The notes beneath the pieces were generated by a model. It worked only from the letters and a program-made list of their open reading frames with translations, made no database searches and was not told the origin of the DNA. From Candidatus Poribacteria bacterium (GTDB lineage Bacteria > Poribacteria > WGA-4E > WGA-3G), in the NCBI GenBank assembly GCA_009839745.1, contig VXPE01000117.1, positions 6,059-70,058 of the forward strand: DNA of 64,000 bases, read 5' to 3'. Both the position numbers and the translations under genes were made by a program. Below, piece after piece: positions 17,247 to 26,996 of this stretch; position 1 is the first letter of the stretch, and each line of letters begins with the position of its first letter.

Positions 17247-18054
17247 CCTAAGCACACCAACGATATGGGGAATAACAAAGGGCCACAGTCCCGTTGTAGC
17301 AGCAGCGATTCATGATGGACATCACGTGCGTGAGGAAGTCTCGAGAATTCTGGCTTTAACCGATGCAGAAAGGCTCAGAGAAGAGGATCCCTTTACTGCC
17401 ATCTGGACTGAGGTCGCAGAAACACGGATTATAGGCTCACAATCCCGCTTTGAGGTAGATCTGAATCGTCCGCGTGAGAAAGCCGTTTATATTAGACCGG
17501 AGGATGCTTGGGGACTCCGTGTTTGGCAAGAGCGTCCGGATGAACAACTGATCAGCAGGTCCTTAGCAGGATACGATGCCTTCTATTCGGAAGTCCACAA
17601 CCTATTGACAGATATTGCGCGGCACTTTGGACATTTTGTTGTTTTTGATCTACATTCGTACAATCATCGTCGCGACGGTCGTAATGCCCCACCGGCGGAG
17701 CAAGAAGAGAATCCAGAAGTTAATATTGGCACAGGGACGGTGGTTAACGAGAAGTGGACTCCGCTGATTCAGCGTTTCATGGCAGACCTTCGGGCTTTTG
17801 ACTTTATGGGGAGACATCTCGATGTCAGAGAAAATGTCAAATTCCGAGGTGGACAGTTCGCACGATGGATTCATGAATCGTTTCCAAATTCTGGTTGTGC
17901 GATTGCCATCGAATTCAAAAAATTCTTCATGGATGAGTGGACAGGTGAGCCAGATATGATGGGAATCAACACGATTCAACATGCTTTACAATCCACACTG
18001 TTAGGTGTAGAAGAAGAAATTGACATATTGAATAGAGCCGAGAAAAAAATATAA
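17224..18054 (+). CDS. N-formylglutamate amidohydrolase (FGase) family protein
   Basis: SRFEVDLNRP and VVFDLHSYNHRR match the FGase/HutG-type metal-site motifs. The ORF overlaps the transporter gene end by 23 nt. Confidence 0.7.
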   Translation: MRRLSLINLSTPTIWGITKGHSPVVAAAIHDGHHVREEVSRILALTDAERLREEDPFTAIWTEVAETRIIGSQSRFEVDLNRPREKAVYIRPEDAWGLRVWQERPDEQLISRSLAGYDAFYSEVHNLLTDIARHFGHFVVFDLHSYNHRRDGRNAPPAEQEENPEVNIGTGTVVNEKWTPLIQRFMADLRAFDFMGRHLDVRENVKFRGGQFARWIHESFPNSGCAIAIEFKKFFMDEWTGEPDMMGINTIQHALQSTLLGVEEEIDILNRAEKKI

Positions 18055-18076
18055 AACCCGAGGAAAAATTAGCAAG

Positions 18077-20002
18077 ATGGCAGATCAACCCAAGGTATCT
18101 CCTAAAATTATCAGTGATCGATTCATTAGGACAGTTTGTGATCGACTTGCAGAAAACAAGGCGGTTCGTCGGACTCTCCCGGATCGTGGACGGTTGCATA
18201 TTGATCGGCAATTGCCATTTCTGTGTGTCTATCGGTATCCACCAAAGTATAAAGATACTGGCACGGAGCGTCTTGTTATGGGTCAACCGTCCTACTTAAT
18301 TGCTTCAGGGGACAGTCGAATGGGTGCGAGTCTATCCGAACTTATCCAGAATATTGCCCGAACATTATCCCGTGAGTTTGGGGCTTTTCTGATTTTGGAG
18401 ATCTGGAGCGGAAAGAAAAATGAGGACGGCAACGATTCCGCTCAACTCACGCGGGTACCCGAATTCCGGATTGCAACACAATCAACCGTGAGTCCCTTTG
18501 GAACCGTTGAGACACTCGCGGAGGCACTTCGCCGTGTTCGCGTTCGCAAACAGGAAGCTGTGGTCAAAATGACGCGGCATCGGAAAATAGCCCCCTCCGG
18601 TTTACCTGCCCTGTTGCCAACCCAAGTTTGCAAGGAAATAGGATGTGCTATAATCGGTCTTGAGGTGTCTCCTATCTATCGCTCACCTGAAACGGATGAA
18701 GTTTTTCCGATAATTCGACGGGCACTCGCGCGTGAAATCACTGGGGCGTTGCAGAAAACCTTTTTTCAGTTCTCACGAGCAGAAACGACGCATCGCCCTG
18801 CACATTTTCATGTTTTGGGACGTCGGGCAGTTGTTAAGGCGGTTTGGGAAGTAGACAAACAGCTCGCAGAAATCAGTAATGCATTTGGTTTTCTGCTACA
18901 GGTAACACCGATCAATACAGAAGACGCGTATGCATCATTTAGACGTTCACATTTTGAACGGACACCGGTTTTTTATTACCGTCCACGTGCTTTTGATCCT
19001 GCACTGCTCAAGCGTAAACTTTGGAATATTGGGTTAGAACGGATAGAAGACCCAACACTTGCACACCTTTTCCGAGAAAAGCGCGATGAACTTGATATAC
19101 AACTCACGATGCTGAGTCATGTTGATACACCACGATTCTTGCCCGGCAGTTTGCAGCTTTTTGGTGATGTAAACGATAACCTTTTGCAACTTGCCCAAGA
19201 AATTGTAGCTTATGTGCCCTCCCAGAGTCGTGAGAGGAAACCGAGTATTAGACTTGATGCCACGGCTTTTGCGAAACGCGTTGAAAAGGAACTTCAATAC
19301 TACCGACACCAATTCCCCGAATTTTCTGCGAGCGTTGAGATACGCGATGATATTTACGCGGGACTTATGGTGTCTAACGGAAACCTACTCATCGGCAAAA
19401 AAGCACGAATCCCAGTTTCTCGTGCAGATGCGTTGATTCAGCACGAAGTCGGTACGCATATACTCACCTACTTCAACGGACGTGCCCAACCGTTCCAAAT
19501 GCTCTATACTGGACTCGCGGGTTACGAGGAAATGCAGGAAGGCATTGCTGTCCTTTCAGAATACCTTGTGGACGGTCTGAGCCTTCCGCGGCTACGACTT
19601 TTGGCGGGACGCGTAATCGCTGTGCGTTGTTTAATAGATGGTGCTTCTTTTATTGAGACTTTTCGAATCCTCACAGAGACTTACGCATTCACACAACGAA
19701 CAGCCTTCACTGCGACAATGAGAACTTATCGCAGTGGTGGTTTAACTAAAGATGCAGTTTATCTCAGAGGACTCATCGGGCTGTTAGATTATTTAAAAAA
19801 AGGAGGTGCATTTGAGCCGCTCTTTGTCGGGAAAATCGCAGTTGAACACATTCCTATCATTCAAGAATTACAGTGGCGTAAGGTTCTAAAACCAGCACCG
19901 CTACGCCCAAGGTATATGGAAAATCCAAGTGTAGAAGAGAAAATCAATGCGTTACGCAAAGAAGCCTCTGTTCTTGGTTTAATCAAAAAGGAGAAAAAAT
20001 GA
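18077..20002 (+). CDS. DUF1704 / QEGLA-motif protein (MATCAP-type gluzincin carboxypeptidase-like)
   Basis: HEVGTH (HExxH) at 19442-19459 and MQEGIAVLSEY (QEGLA-type motif) at 19535-19549. 641 aa. Confidence 0.75.
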   Translation: MADQPKVSPKIISDRFIRTVCDRLAENKAVRRTLPDRGRLHIDRQLPFLCVYRYPPKYKDTGTERLVMGQPSYLIASGDSRMGASLSELIQNIARTLSREFGAFLILEIWSGKKNEDGNDSAQLTRVPEFRIATQSTVSPFGTVETLAEALRRVRVRKQEAVVKMTRHRKIAPSGLPALLPTQVCKEIGCAIIGLEVSPIYRSPETDEVFPIIRRALAREITGALQKTFFQFSRAETTHRPAHFHVLGRRAVVKAVWEVDKQLAEISNAFGFLLQVTPINTEDAYASFRRSHFERTPVFYYRPRAFDPALLKRKLWNIGLERIEDPTLAHLFREKRDELDIQLTMLSHVDTPRFLPGSLQLFGDVNDNLLQLAQEIVAYVPSQSRERKPSIRLDATAFAKRVEKELQYYRHQFPEFSASVEIRDDIYAGLMVSNGNLLIGKKARIPVSRADALIQHEVGTHILTYFNGRAQPFQMLYTGLAGYEEMQEGIAVLSEYLVDGLSLPRLRLLAGRVIAVRCLIDGASFIETFRILTETYAFTQRTAFTATMRTYRSGGLTKDAVYLRGLIGLLDYLKKGGAFEPLFVGKIAVEHIPIIQELQWRKVLKPAPLRPRYMENPSVEEKINALRKEASVLGLIKKEKK

Positions 20003-21045
20003 AAATCGGATTCCTCGTCAATGATCTGGAAACTGAACAAGCCGGATACACAACGACTCGGCTGGCAATGCAGGCGATCAACATGGGACATGAGGCGTGG
20101 ATAATAGCAGTCGGCGATCTCGCTTACGATCCAGATGAGTATATTCGTGCGACGGCTCGTATGGCACCGCGCAGTAATTATAAATCCCACCAAACCTATT
20201 TCAATGACCTGCAGAGCAAACGGGCAAAAGTGGAGCGTATTACGGTCGATGATTTAGATATTTTGCTCCTACGAAACAACCCAGCGGATGATGCGATGGC
20301 AAGACCTTGGGCTCAAAACGCTGGACTCATTTTCGGGAGAGTCGCAATGCGACACGGTGTCATTGTGCTCAATGACCCGAATGGACTTGCCAAAGCACTC
20401 AACAAAATGTACTTCCAACTTTTCCCTGAGGAGGTGCGACCGAGAACCCTAATTACGAGAAGTCAAAGCGAGATCAAAACATTTGCTCAAGAACAAGGTG
20501 GGACAGTGGTATTGAAACCGCTGCAGGGATCCGGTGGACAAAGTGTCTTTCTTGTTAGACCGGATGACCTTCCGAATATCAATCAGATGATTGATGCTGT
20601 CGCCAGGGATGGATATGTCATCGCACAGGAATATCTACCCGCGGCAGCAGAGGGAGACATGCGCTTGTTCGTTCTCAATGGACTGCCGCTGCGTTACCGT
20701 GGCAGATATGCGGCTTTCCGGCGGGTTCGCATGGGCGGCGACATGAGAAGTAACATTCACGCAGGCGGGAAACTTCGGCAGGCGGAAATTACCGATACCG
20801 CCTTAGAACTCGTCGAAATGGTACGCCCTAAATTAGTTCAAGATGGCATGTTCTTGGTAGGTTTGGACATTGTAGGAGACAAACTTATGGAGATTAATGT
20901 CTTCAGTCCAGGCGGGTTGGGAAGTGCACAAAGGTTTGAAAAAGTGAATTTTAACGTCGCTGTTATTGAGGCACTTGAGAAAAAAGTGCAGTACATGAAA
21001 TACTACCGGCGAAATTTTGACAATGTGGAAATGGCAGTCCTGTAA
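19999..21045 (+). CDS. ATP-grasp ligase, glutathione synthetase (GshB)-like
   Basis: N-terminus MKIGFLVNDLETEQAGYTTTRLAMQAINMGHEAW resembles the prokaryotic GshB N-domain. LKPLQGSGGQSVFLV and the MEINV... ATP-grasp motifs are present. ATGA overlap with the DUF1704 gene. Confidence 0.75.
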   Translation: MKIGFLVNDLETEQAGYTTTRLAMQAINMGHEAWIIAVGDLAYDPDEYIRATARMAPRSNYKSHQTYFNDLQSKRAKVERITVDDLDILLLRNNPADDAMARPWAQNAGLIFGRVAMRHGVIVLNDPNGLAKALNKMYFQLFPEEVRPRTLITRSQSEIKTFAQEQGGTVVLKPLQGSGGQSVFLVRPDDLPNINQMIDAVARDGYVIAQEYLPAAAEGDMRLFVLNGLPLRYRGRYAAFRRVRMGGDMRSNIHAGGKLRQAEITDTALELVEMVRPKLVQDGMFLVGLDIVGDKLMEINVFSPGGLGSAQRFEKVNFNVAVIEALEKKVQYMKYYRRNFDNVEMAVL

Positions 21046-21262
21046 AATTCACATGACGGGGTTGTCAACATCTTGGACATGGGGATGGCGAACGGATTTG
21101 GCACAGATCAAAATGTAATGGAATCTATTGTTCAGTAGGACTACGGCTAATGTAACTTTTTGATGATTCTATTCGTCATAAATTATAGTAAATTATCAAA
21201 AAATGAAATTTAGAACAAGCAGATAGTATTACTGACTCGTATGATTTTCGGGAGGCTATACA

Positions 21263-22339
21263 TTGAGAATTCCGCTGTTAAATCCGTTCAAAAGATATTC
21301 GCAAAAAGTTGGGCTTCCGCCTGGAACACTTATTTATGTGGGTGAAGAGCGGACAGAACCCGTTAGGATTACCATCACTGATTATGATGAAAAACACCTT
21401 CACGAAGAAGAGGTTCAAACGGTAGAGGCGTGTCTACCTTTCAAAGATACGGCGACTGTTACTTGGATTCACATTGAAGGCGTTCATGATACAGATATCA
21501 TTGAAGAGATTGGAGAGCATTTCGGGGTTAATTCGCTTGTGCTTGAAGATTTGATGAGCCCTACTCAACTCTCCAAAATAGAGGTATATGAGGACTATGT
21601 CTTTGTTATCCTCAAGCATCTCGATTCTGATAGGGCATCTCTAAAGGTCTCAAGGGAACAAATCGGTCTTATTATTGGCGAGAGATTTGTAATTTCACTC
21701 CAAGAAAATTCCGGATCACTCTTCGCGCCTATTCACAATAGACTCAAAAACGTCAATGGTAGACTTCGAAAGATGCGGTCCGATTATCTTGCGTATGCGT
21801 TAATAGATGTTATTGTTGATAACTACTTCATCGTGTTGGAACATCTCAGTGATCAAATTGAATCGGTGGAGGAAGAAGCCATTACGAACCCGACATCAGA
21901 AATTCTCGCGAGAATCAATGAATTGAGAAGGAAGTGTCTACTTTTACGTAGACCAATTCTTCCGCTGCGCGATGTTCTCAATGATGTGTTAGATGACGAA
22001 ATTCCGCTATTTACGCAAGAAACATCTCTATATTTCCGAGATGTCTACGACCATCTGGCGCAAGTGATACACACGTTAGAAACGCTTCGCAGCGCGGTTT
22101 CAGGGCTGTTTGATACCTATACCTCGGCGGTGAGTCATCGGATGAATGAAGTCATGAAGGTACTAACCATTGTGGCGACATTTTTTATTCCACTGACCTT
22201 CATCGCCGGTATTTATGGGATGAATTTCAAATCCATGCCCGAACTTGAAGCCGAATGGGGATACCCGGTTGTTTTGTTAGTGATGGTGGGCATTGGCATC
22301 GCTATGTTTCTCTATTTCAAGTTCAGAAAATGGTTCTGA
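21263..22339 (+). CDS. corA: Magnesium/cobalt transporter CorA
   Basis: C-terminal YGMNFKSMPELE (GMN motif) plus two TM helices. TTG start 8 nt after GGGAGG. Confidence 0.9.
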   Translation: MRIPLLNPFKRYSQKVGLPPGTLIYVGEERTEPVRITITDYDEKHLHEEEVQTVEACLPFKDTATVTWIHIEGVHDTDIIEEIGEHFGVNSLVLEDLMSPTQLSKIEVYEDYVFVILKHLDSDRASLKVSREQIGLIIGERFVISLQENSGSLFAPIHNRLKNVNGRLRKMRSDYLAYALIDVIVDNYFIVLEHLSDQIESVEEEAITNPTSEILARINELRRKCLLLRRPILPLRDVLNDVLDDEIPLFTQETSLYFRDVYDHLAQVIHTLETLRSAVSGLFDTYTSAVSHRMNEVMKVLTIVATFFIPLTFIAGIYGMNFKSMPELEAEWGYPVVLLVMVGIGIAMFLYFKFRKWF

Positions 22340-22485
22340 ATTTTGAAGAGTAGCAGTTCAAAACAGCATTTGGCTTATATAGGGGTCGTAGCACACATGT
22401 GCCTCTCGGTGAGAGTTTTCATCTCACAGGAAACCCAATTTAACAGACTACTATTGCATCAAGATTGAGTTTTAGAGTCAGTTCA

Positions 22486-22518
22486 CCGTAGGGACGAGGT
22501 CTCCTCGCCCGTACAGCC
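22486..22518. repeat. REP-like hairpin GTAGGG-stem-loop-stem-CCGTACAG (copy a)
   Basis: ccgtagggacgaggtctcctcgcccgtacagccc; stem cgagg/cctcg. Confidence 0.65.
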
Positions 22519-22616
22519 CATAAGTTCAAAGTTGAAATAATACTACGCTACGAAGTTAGCAACCTGTGTTAATTACAGTAAATTTTTTAAGGAGGAGAAT
22601 AAAAAATATAATAAAC

Positions 22617-23354
22617 ATGCGATTGTCTTTAATTCACCACAATGTTTCAGTCAGTAAATTGTATATATCCGCCATTGTGGCGGTTTTCGGGGTTTTTTAT
22701 TCAATACCGGTATATGCCCAGTTCGCCGATTTGCCGCAGGATGCCAAAACGGTAGACATCGGTGTAAATGGCGACAGAACTTCACAGACACTCATCCTAA
22801 CTGCTGTTGTTCCGATTCAGGATATTAATGGGTGGGTCGGGATTTTTGGTTCGCGAGCGTCAAGTGAAGAAGAAGTGCTCTCTGAGATTGCCAAAGCGCG
22901 TGCCCAAGGCGGTTTTCGGATAGGCACTTTCGGGATTGAAGCGTTCACAGATTTGGAACGTAACATTAGTAAAGGGAGCACGCTAACATCCCAAATCGGT
23001 AGTTATATCCGTCCTGCGATTTATGAACGCGGGACACTTCGCGTATCTGGTGGTGTCGGTGCCTTCATTGAAAATATTCGACCTCAAAAAGACCTGGTGC
23101 TAAAGAATTTTGATCCGACAACGTTCCGATGGTTGGCATTCTCGTCGGTAGGATGGCGGAAACTGAATATTTTGTTGAAGTTCACGCCGGAAGTTGGATT
23201 CACAAACTATAAATTTTTGGCGGAGCCCGCGATTACTTTCAGCCTCTCTACCCGATTAAGTCTGCGTTTGAGTGGTTCCCTAACTTATAATAGCGATCCG
23301 TTAACGGAGAGATGGCATTATAAGTATCTGACGATTTTGCGAGTTACGTTATAG
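22617..23354 (+). CDS. Hypothetical secreted/outer-membrane beta-barrel-like protein
   Basis: MRLSL...ISAIVAVFGVFYSIPVYA-QF resembles a signal peptide. The alternating-hydrophobicity C-terminal region ends in an aromatic-rich strand. Start uncertain (the track gives GTG 22566). Confidence 0.45.
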   Translation: MRLSLIHHNVSVSKLYISAIVAVFGVFYSIPVYAQFADLPQDAKTVDIGVNGDRTSQTLILTAVVPIQDINGWVGIFGSRASSEEEVLSEIAKARAQGGFRIGTFGIEAFTDLERNISKGSTLTSQIGSYIRPAIYERGTLRVSGGVGAFIENIRPQKDLVLKNFDPTTFRWLAFSSVGWRKLNILLKFTPEVGFTNYKFLAEPAITFSLSTRLSLRLSGSLTYNSDPLTERWHYKYLTILRVTL

Positions 23355-23437
23355 CCGTATAATGTTCCTAAATGTGAATCACAACGTAGTCGAATAGTCT
23401 TAGTGCTCCCAAACAAACTTCAAGAAAGGGGAATAGA

Positions 23438-23753
23438 ATGTTTTTGGAAGCCATCGCACGTTTAGCAGAACGGATTTTTGGTTGACGCAGCAAAGGTCGT
23501 TACAGCGGATGTCATCGAAGAGATTGCGGAAGAACCGTTTATTCGTGCGGAATTGTTTGATGCGGGTGTGATGATGCGGTTACGCTACAAGACGCGCCCG
23601 GTGGATCGTGCGAAAAGTCTCAGCGACATTGTCAAAATTGTTTTTCATGGCTTCTCCGGGAGTAAGAGAGTTGAGTTCTGCTATGCACATTCAGAAATCA
23701 TTTACTCATGGAAAGACCAACCCGCATTATCGGCAAGTCTTTCAGAGGAGTAG
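23438..23753 (+). pseudogene. Remnant of an MscS-family C-terminal domain (frame-disrupted)
   Basis: ORF 23478..23753 (VVTADVIEEIAEEPFIRAELFDAGVMMRLRYKTRP...VEFCYAHSEI) is collinear with the C-terminal domain of the next gene (AAEVTADICEETGESPYVRFEFIPSGVVAKLRYRVSA...IEFAYVKSET) but has no TM/channel part. An RBS plus ATG at 23438 is in a different frame and stops after 15 codons. Confidence 0.45.
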
Positions 23754-23755
23754 TT

Positions 23756-24631
23756 ATGTCTTCAGAAGTCTGGCAGGCGATACTCAATTTCAAATACATA
23801 TCCGTGGTGTGGATGGTCTTGGTGGGGATAGGGACGGTCATTGTTTACTTTCGTCTGACCTCGCAGCTCCGCAAGTTTACAGAGGCGCACGCCTATAAGC
23901 CTGAGAATGCTGACCGCTTCTTTTTTATGTGGCGTTACGTGTTCATGTTTTCGATGGGTGTGCTCATCATTTTTCTTTTTTCCGATGTCTTTGGGATCAT
24001 CGGACTGTCATTAGCGTTTATAATGACGCTGATGGGGTGGGGTATCCGAAACCCGATCATGAACTTAGCCGCGTGGTTGTTGATTATCCTTCAGAAACCG
24101 TATCGGATTGGGGATAGGGTTATCTTGGGAACGACTATTGGTGACGTGCGGGACATCTCGATCATGTATACACAGTTGGATCAGGTTGGCGGAACGATTG
24201 GTGGGGAGGAGAAATCTGGGCGGAGTGTTATGATTCCGAACCAACATCTTTTTCGATGGAATGTGATTAACTATACACGAGACGAGAAATATATTCTGGA
24301 TGAGGTAATTATTCGGTTGACATATCGTTCAGATATAACGCGTGCCGAGCAGATTATGTGTGAGCAGGCGGCTGAAGTGACAGCTGACATCTGCGAGGAA
24401 ACAGGGGAATCGCCATACGTGCGGTTTGAGTTTATACCCTCCGGCGTGGTCGCCAAACTCAGGTATCGCGTCAGTGCTGTGAAGCGGCAAAGCACTTCGA
24501 CATTAATCGTGGAACGGATTTCCAAGGCGTTTAGGCACGCGGAGCAGATTGAGTTTGCCTATGTCAAGAGCGAGACACTACTAATCCCAAAGAACGATGA
24601 ATTGCCGCCACAGTATCTGCATATCCAATAG
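23756..24631 (+). CDS. Mechanosensitive ion channel family protein (MscS-like)
   Basis: TM helices followed by PYRIGDRVILG (MscS beta-domain motif). ATG 23756 lies 7 nt after GAGGAG (the track starts at 23708). Confidence 0.8.
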   Translation: MSSEVWQAILNFKYISVVWMVLVGIGTVIVYFRLTSQLRKFTEAHAYKPENADRFFFMWRYVFMFSMGVLIIFLFSDVFGIIGLSLAFIMTLMGWGIRNPIMNLAAWLLIILQKPYRIGDRVILGTTIGDVRDISIMYTQLDQVGGTIGGEEKSGRSVMIPNQHLFRWNVINYTRDEKYILDEVIIRLTYRSDITRAEQIMCEQAAEVTADICEETGESPYVRFEFIPSGVVAKLRYRVSAVKRQSTSTLIVERISKAFRHAEQIEFAYVKSETLLIPKNDELPPQYLHIQ

Positions 24632-24668
24632 TTCCCAGAACGTCCATTGACAGATAGGATAGAATAAA

Positions 24669-25877
24669 ATGAATGAATTAATCCAACAGGTCCGTGATTT
24701 AGTTGAAACACCGGTAAACATTTTGGGGGAACCCATAAAAGTTTTCCAAATTGTTTCGTTAATCCTGACTTTGACCGCCACATTGCTGGTAGCAGGATCT
24801 TTACATCGATGGTTCCGGCGTCTTTTCAATCGTCTCCGGATATCCAAAGATATCCAAAATCGGTTACTGGCGTTGCTATTTCTCATCATTGTGATTGTCG
24901 GAGGAGGTTTGGCTTTCAGATTCGCAGGAATTAGCACGGGTTTCCTTGGTAAAGTTTTTCATTACCCACTTACAGAGTTGTTCCAACCGCCTAAAAAAGC
25001 TGTCGAGATTGGTGAATCTGGAGAAGTATCACCGATTGAAACCGTTGAAGATAGTGGTAACTTAACGTTAGCGAGGCTATTCTATGCGTTTGTGATCATC
25101 TTCGGGATGTTTATCCTCTCTAAATACCTGCAATGGGTGCTCAGGCGGCAGGTGCTCCAAGATTTCCAAATTGCGAGACATACCCAGTTCATCTTGCTTC
25201 GATTTTTCCATTTTACGCTTATCAGCATTGGGAGCCTTCTGGCTCTCAGTGCCGTTGGCGTGAGTTTCACAACGCTGGCGATAATTTTCGGTGGGTTGAG
25301 TATCGGTATCGGTTTCGGTTTACAGAATATTGCCTCGAATCTGATTTCAGGATTTATCCTTATTTTTGAGCGTCCTATCAAAATTGGAGATCTCGTGGAG
25401 ATTATGGATGTCGACGTATTTGGAAGGGTGAGTAGTATCAATCTCCGTTCAACCGTTATCGTTTCGCTTGATGAAAAGGAGATTATTGTTCCTAACTCGC
25501 AGTTGATTACCGAGTCCGTTCATAACCTCACACACGATAGCCATCGCTTCCGTCTTCGGGTTCCCGTCGGGGTGTCGTATGGTTCAGATGTCGAGATTGT
25601 GAGAACAGCCCTGATTGAAGCGGCACATGAGCATCCGATGGTAATTAAAGAGTCCAATCCTACTTTGGAAAACGTCACGCCCCCCTTCGTGCGTTTTGTT
25701 AGTTTTGGTGAATCTTCTCTCGATTTTGAATTATTAGCGTGGATTCCTGACTCCTTTCGGCGTTTTGATATTGCCAGCGATCTCCATTTTTCGATTTGGC
25801 GCAAATTTAAAGCATACAATATTACAATTCCATTCCCGCAACGAGATGTCCATTTTTACCCGAAGGAAGCGGAATAA
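24669..25877 (+). CDS. Mechanosensitive ion channel family protein (MscS-like)
   Basis: GFGLQNIASNLISGFILIFERPIKIGDLVEI is the canonical MscS TM3/beta-domain junction. Confidence 0.85.
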   Translation: MNELIQQVRDLVETPVNILGEPIKVFQIVSLILTLTATLLVAGSLHRWFRRLFNRLRISKDIQNRLLALLFLIIVIVGGGLAFRFAGISTGFLGKVFHYPLTELFQPPKKAVEIGESGEVSPIETVEDSGNLTLARLFYAFVIIFGMFILSKYLQWVLRRQVLQDFQIARHTQFILLRFFHFTLISIGSLLALSAVGVSFTTLAIIFGGLSIGIGFGLQNIASNLISGFILIFERPIKIGDLVEIMDVDVFGRVSSINLRSTVIVSLDEKEIIVPNSQLITESVHNLTHDSHRFRLRVPVGVSYGSDVEIVRTALIEAAHEHPMVIKESNPTLENVTPPFVRFVSFGESSLDFELLAWIPDSFRRFDIASDLHFSIWRKFKAYNITIPFPQRDVHFYPKEAE

Positions 25878-26117
25878 AATCTTGACCGCTAACAATTTCT
25901 TGTGATACTATATACAACGCGAGTTCAATATTAAGCCCGCAGGGCATCAACACCGAATGCGCGGATAGTATTCAGCAGGGTTGAACGGGAATCCACTGAA
26001 AATCGGACATAGACCGGATGACGGTTTGCGTTATAATATTTTGTCAGTTCATACCTTTCCCGAATTCAGATTTTCCAGCAATGCTGACGGAACCCTTTCT
26101 ATAGAACAACTTAAGAA

Positions 26118-26996
26118 ATGCAACGGATAGACACCTTTCTGGTAGAACACAACTTGGTAGAGAGTCGGGAACAGGCGAAACGGCTCATTCTTGCGGGTGC
26201 AGTGACTGTTAACGGGAACGCCAGAATTAAGCCGGGGCAACGGATTCCCGCCGATGCCGAGGTGGTCGTCCAGCAGCAACAAAAATATGTGAGCCGAGGC
26301 GGGTTCAAGTTAGAAAAGGCGTTACACACCTTTGATATAAACGTTCACAATCGGGTTGCGCTCGATGTTGGTGCGTCAACAGGGGGATTCACAGACTGCC
26401 TCCTCCAGCACGGTGCGAAATTCGTCCATGCGGTTGATGTCGGTTACGGGCAACTGGCGTGGAAACTCCGCACGCATCCACAGGTACAACCGATTGAGAA
26501 AACGAATATCCGGCACCTAACGCCAGCACATCTCAAAACATCGGTGTTGAATGCCCCAGAAGACTTTGCCTCCATCGCCGTGATTGATGTCTCCTTCATC
26601 TCTTTGAGAACGGTTCTGCCGAGTGTAATCAAACTTCTCATACCAAATAGTCGTCAGTCATCCGCTATTGACATCATCGCACTCTTGAAACCGCAATTTG
26701 AAGCCGGGAAAGCGTACGTGAAAAAAGGGGGAATTGTGTCTGACAAACGGGTGCATATCCAGACGATAGATAACCTTAGTGCCTTTGTGACGGAAAAACT
26801 CGGAGCCATAGTGAAAGGTCTGACCTATTCGCCAATCCACAAGGACATCGGAAATATTGAGTACCTGCTTTGGCTTGCGGTCGATGGTGAGTGCACGGAT
26901 TCCTATCAACTTCAGCACACGACTGCAGAGATTGTAGAAGCCGCGCATGAGTCTTTTGGAAATAGCAGTCAGCAGGTAGTAAAGATGTTTTGTTAA
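26118..26996 (+). CDS. tlyA: TlyA-family rRNA 2'-O-methyltransferase
   Basis: N-terminal S4 domain RIDTFLVEHNLVESREQAKRLILAGAVTVNG, YVSRGGFKLEKAL and the SAM motif LDVGASTGGFTDCLL. Confidence 0.85.
   Translation: MQRIDTFLVEHNLVESREQAKRLILAGAVTVNGNARIKPGQRIPADAEVVVQQQQKYVSRGGFKLEKALHTFDINVHNRVALDVGASTGGFTDCLLQHGAKFVHAVDVGYGQLAWKLRTHPQVQPIEKTNIRHLTPAHLKTSVLNAPEDFASIAVIDVSFISLRTVLPSVIKLLIPNSRQSSAIDIIALLKPQFEAGKAYVKKGGIVSDKRVHIQTIDNLSAFVTEKLGAIVKGLTYSPIHKDIGNIEYLLWLAVDGECTDSYQLQHTTAEIVEAAHESFGNSSQQVVKMFC

Noticed and set aside
21097-21112. TGGCAC upstream of corA
   Set aside because: There is no TTGC (or GC) element at the -12 spacing, so it is not a sigma-54 promoter.
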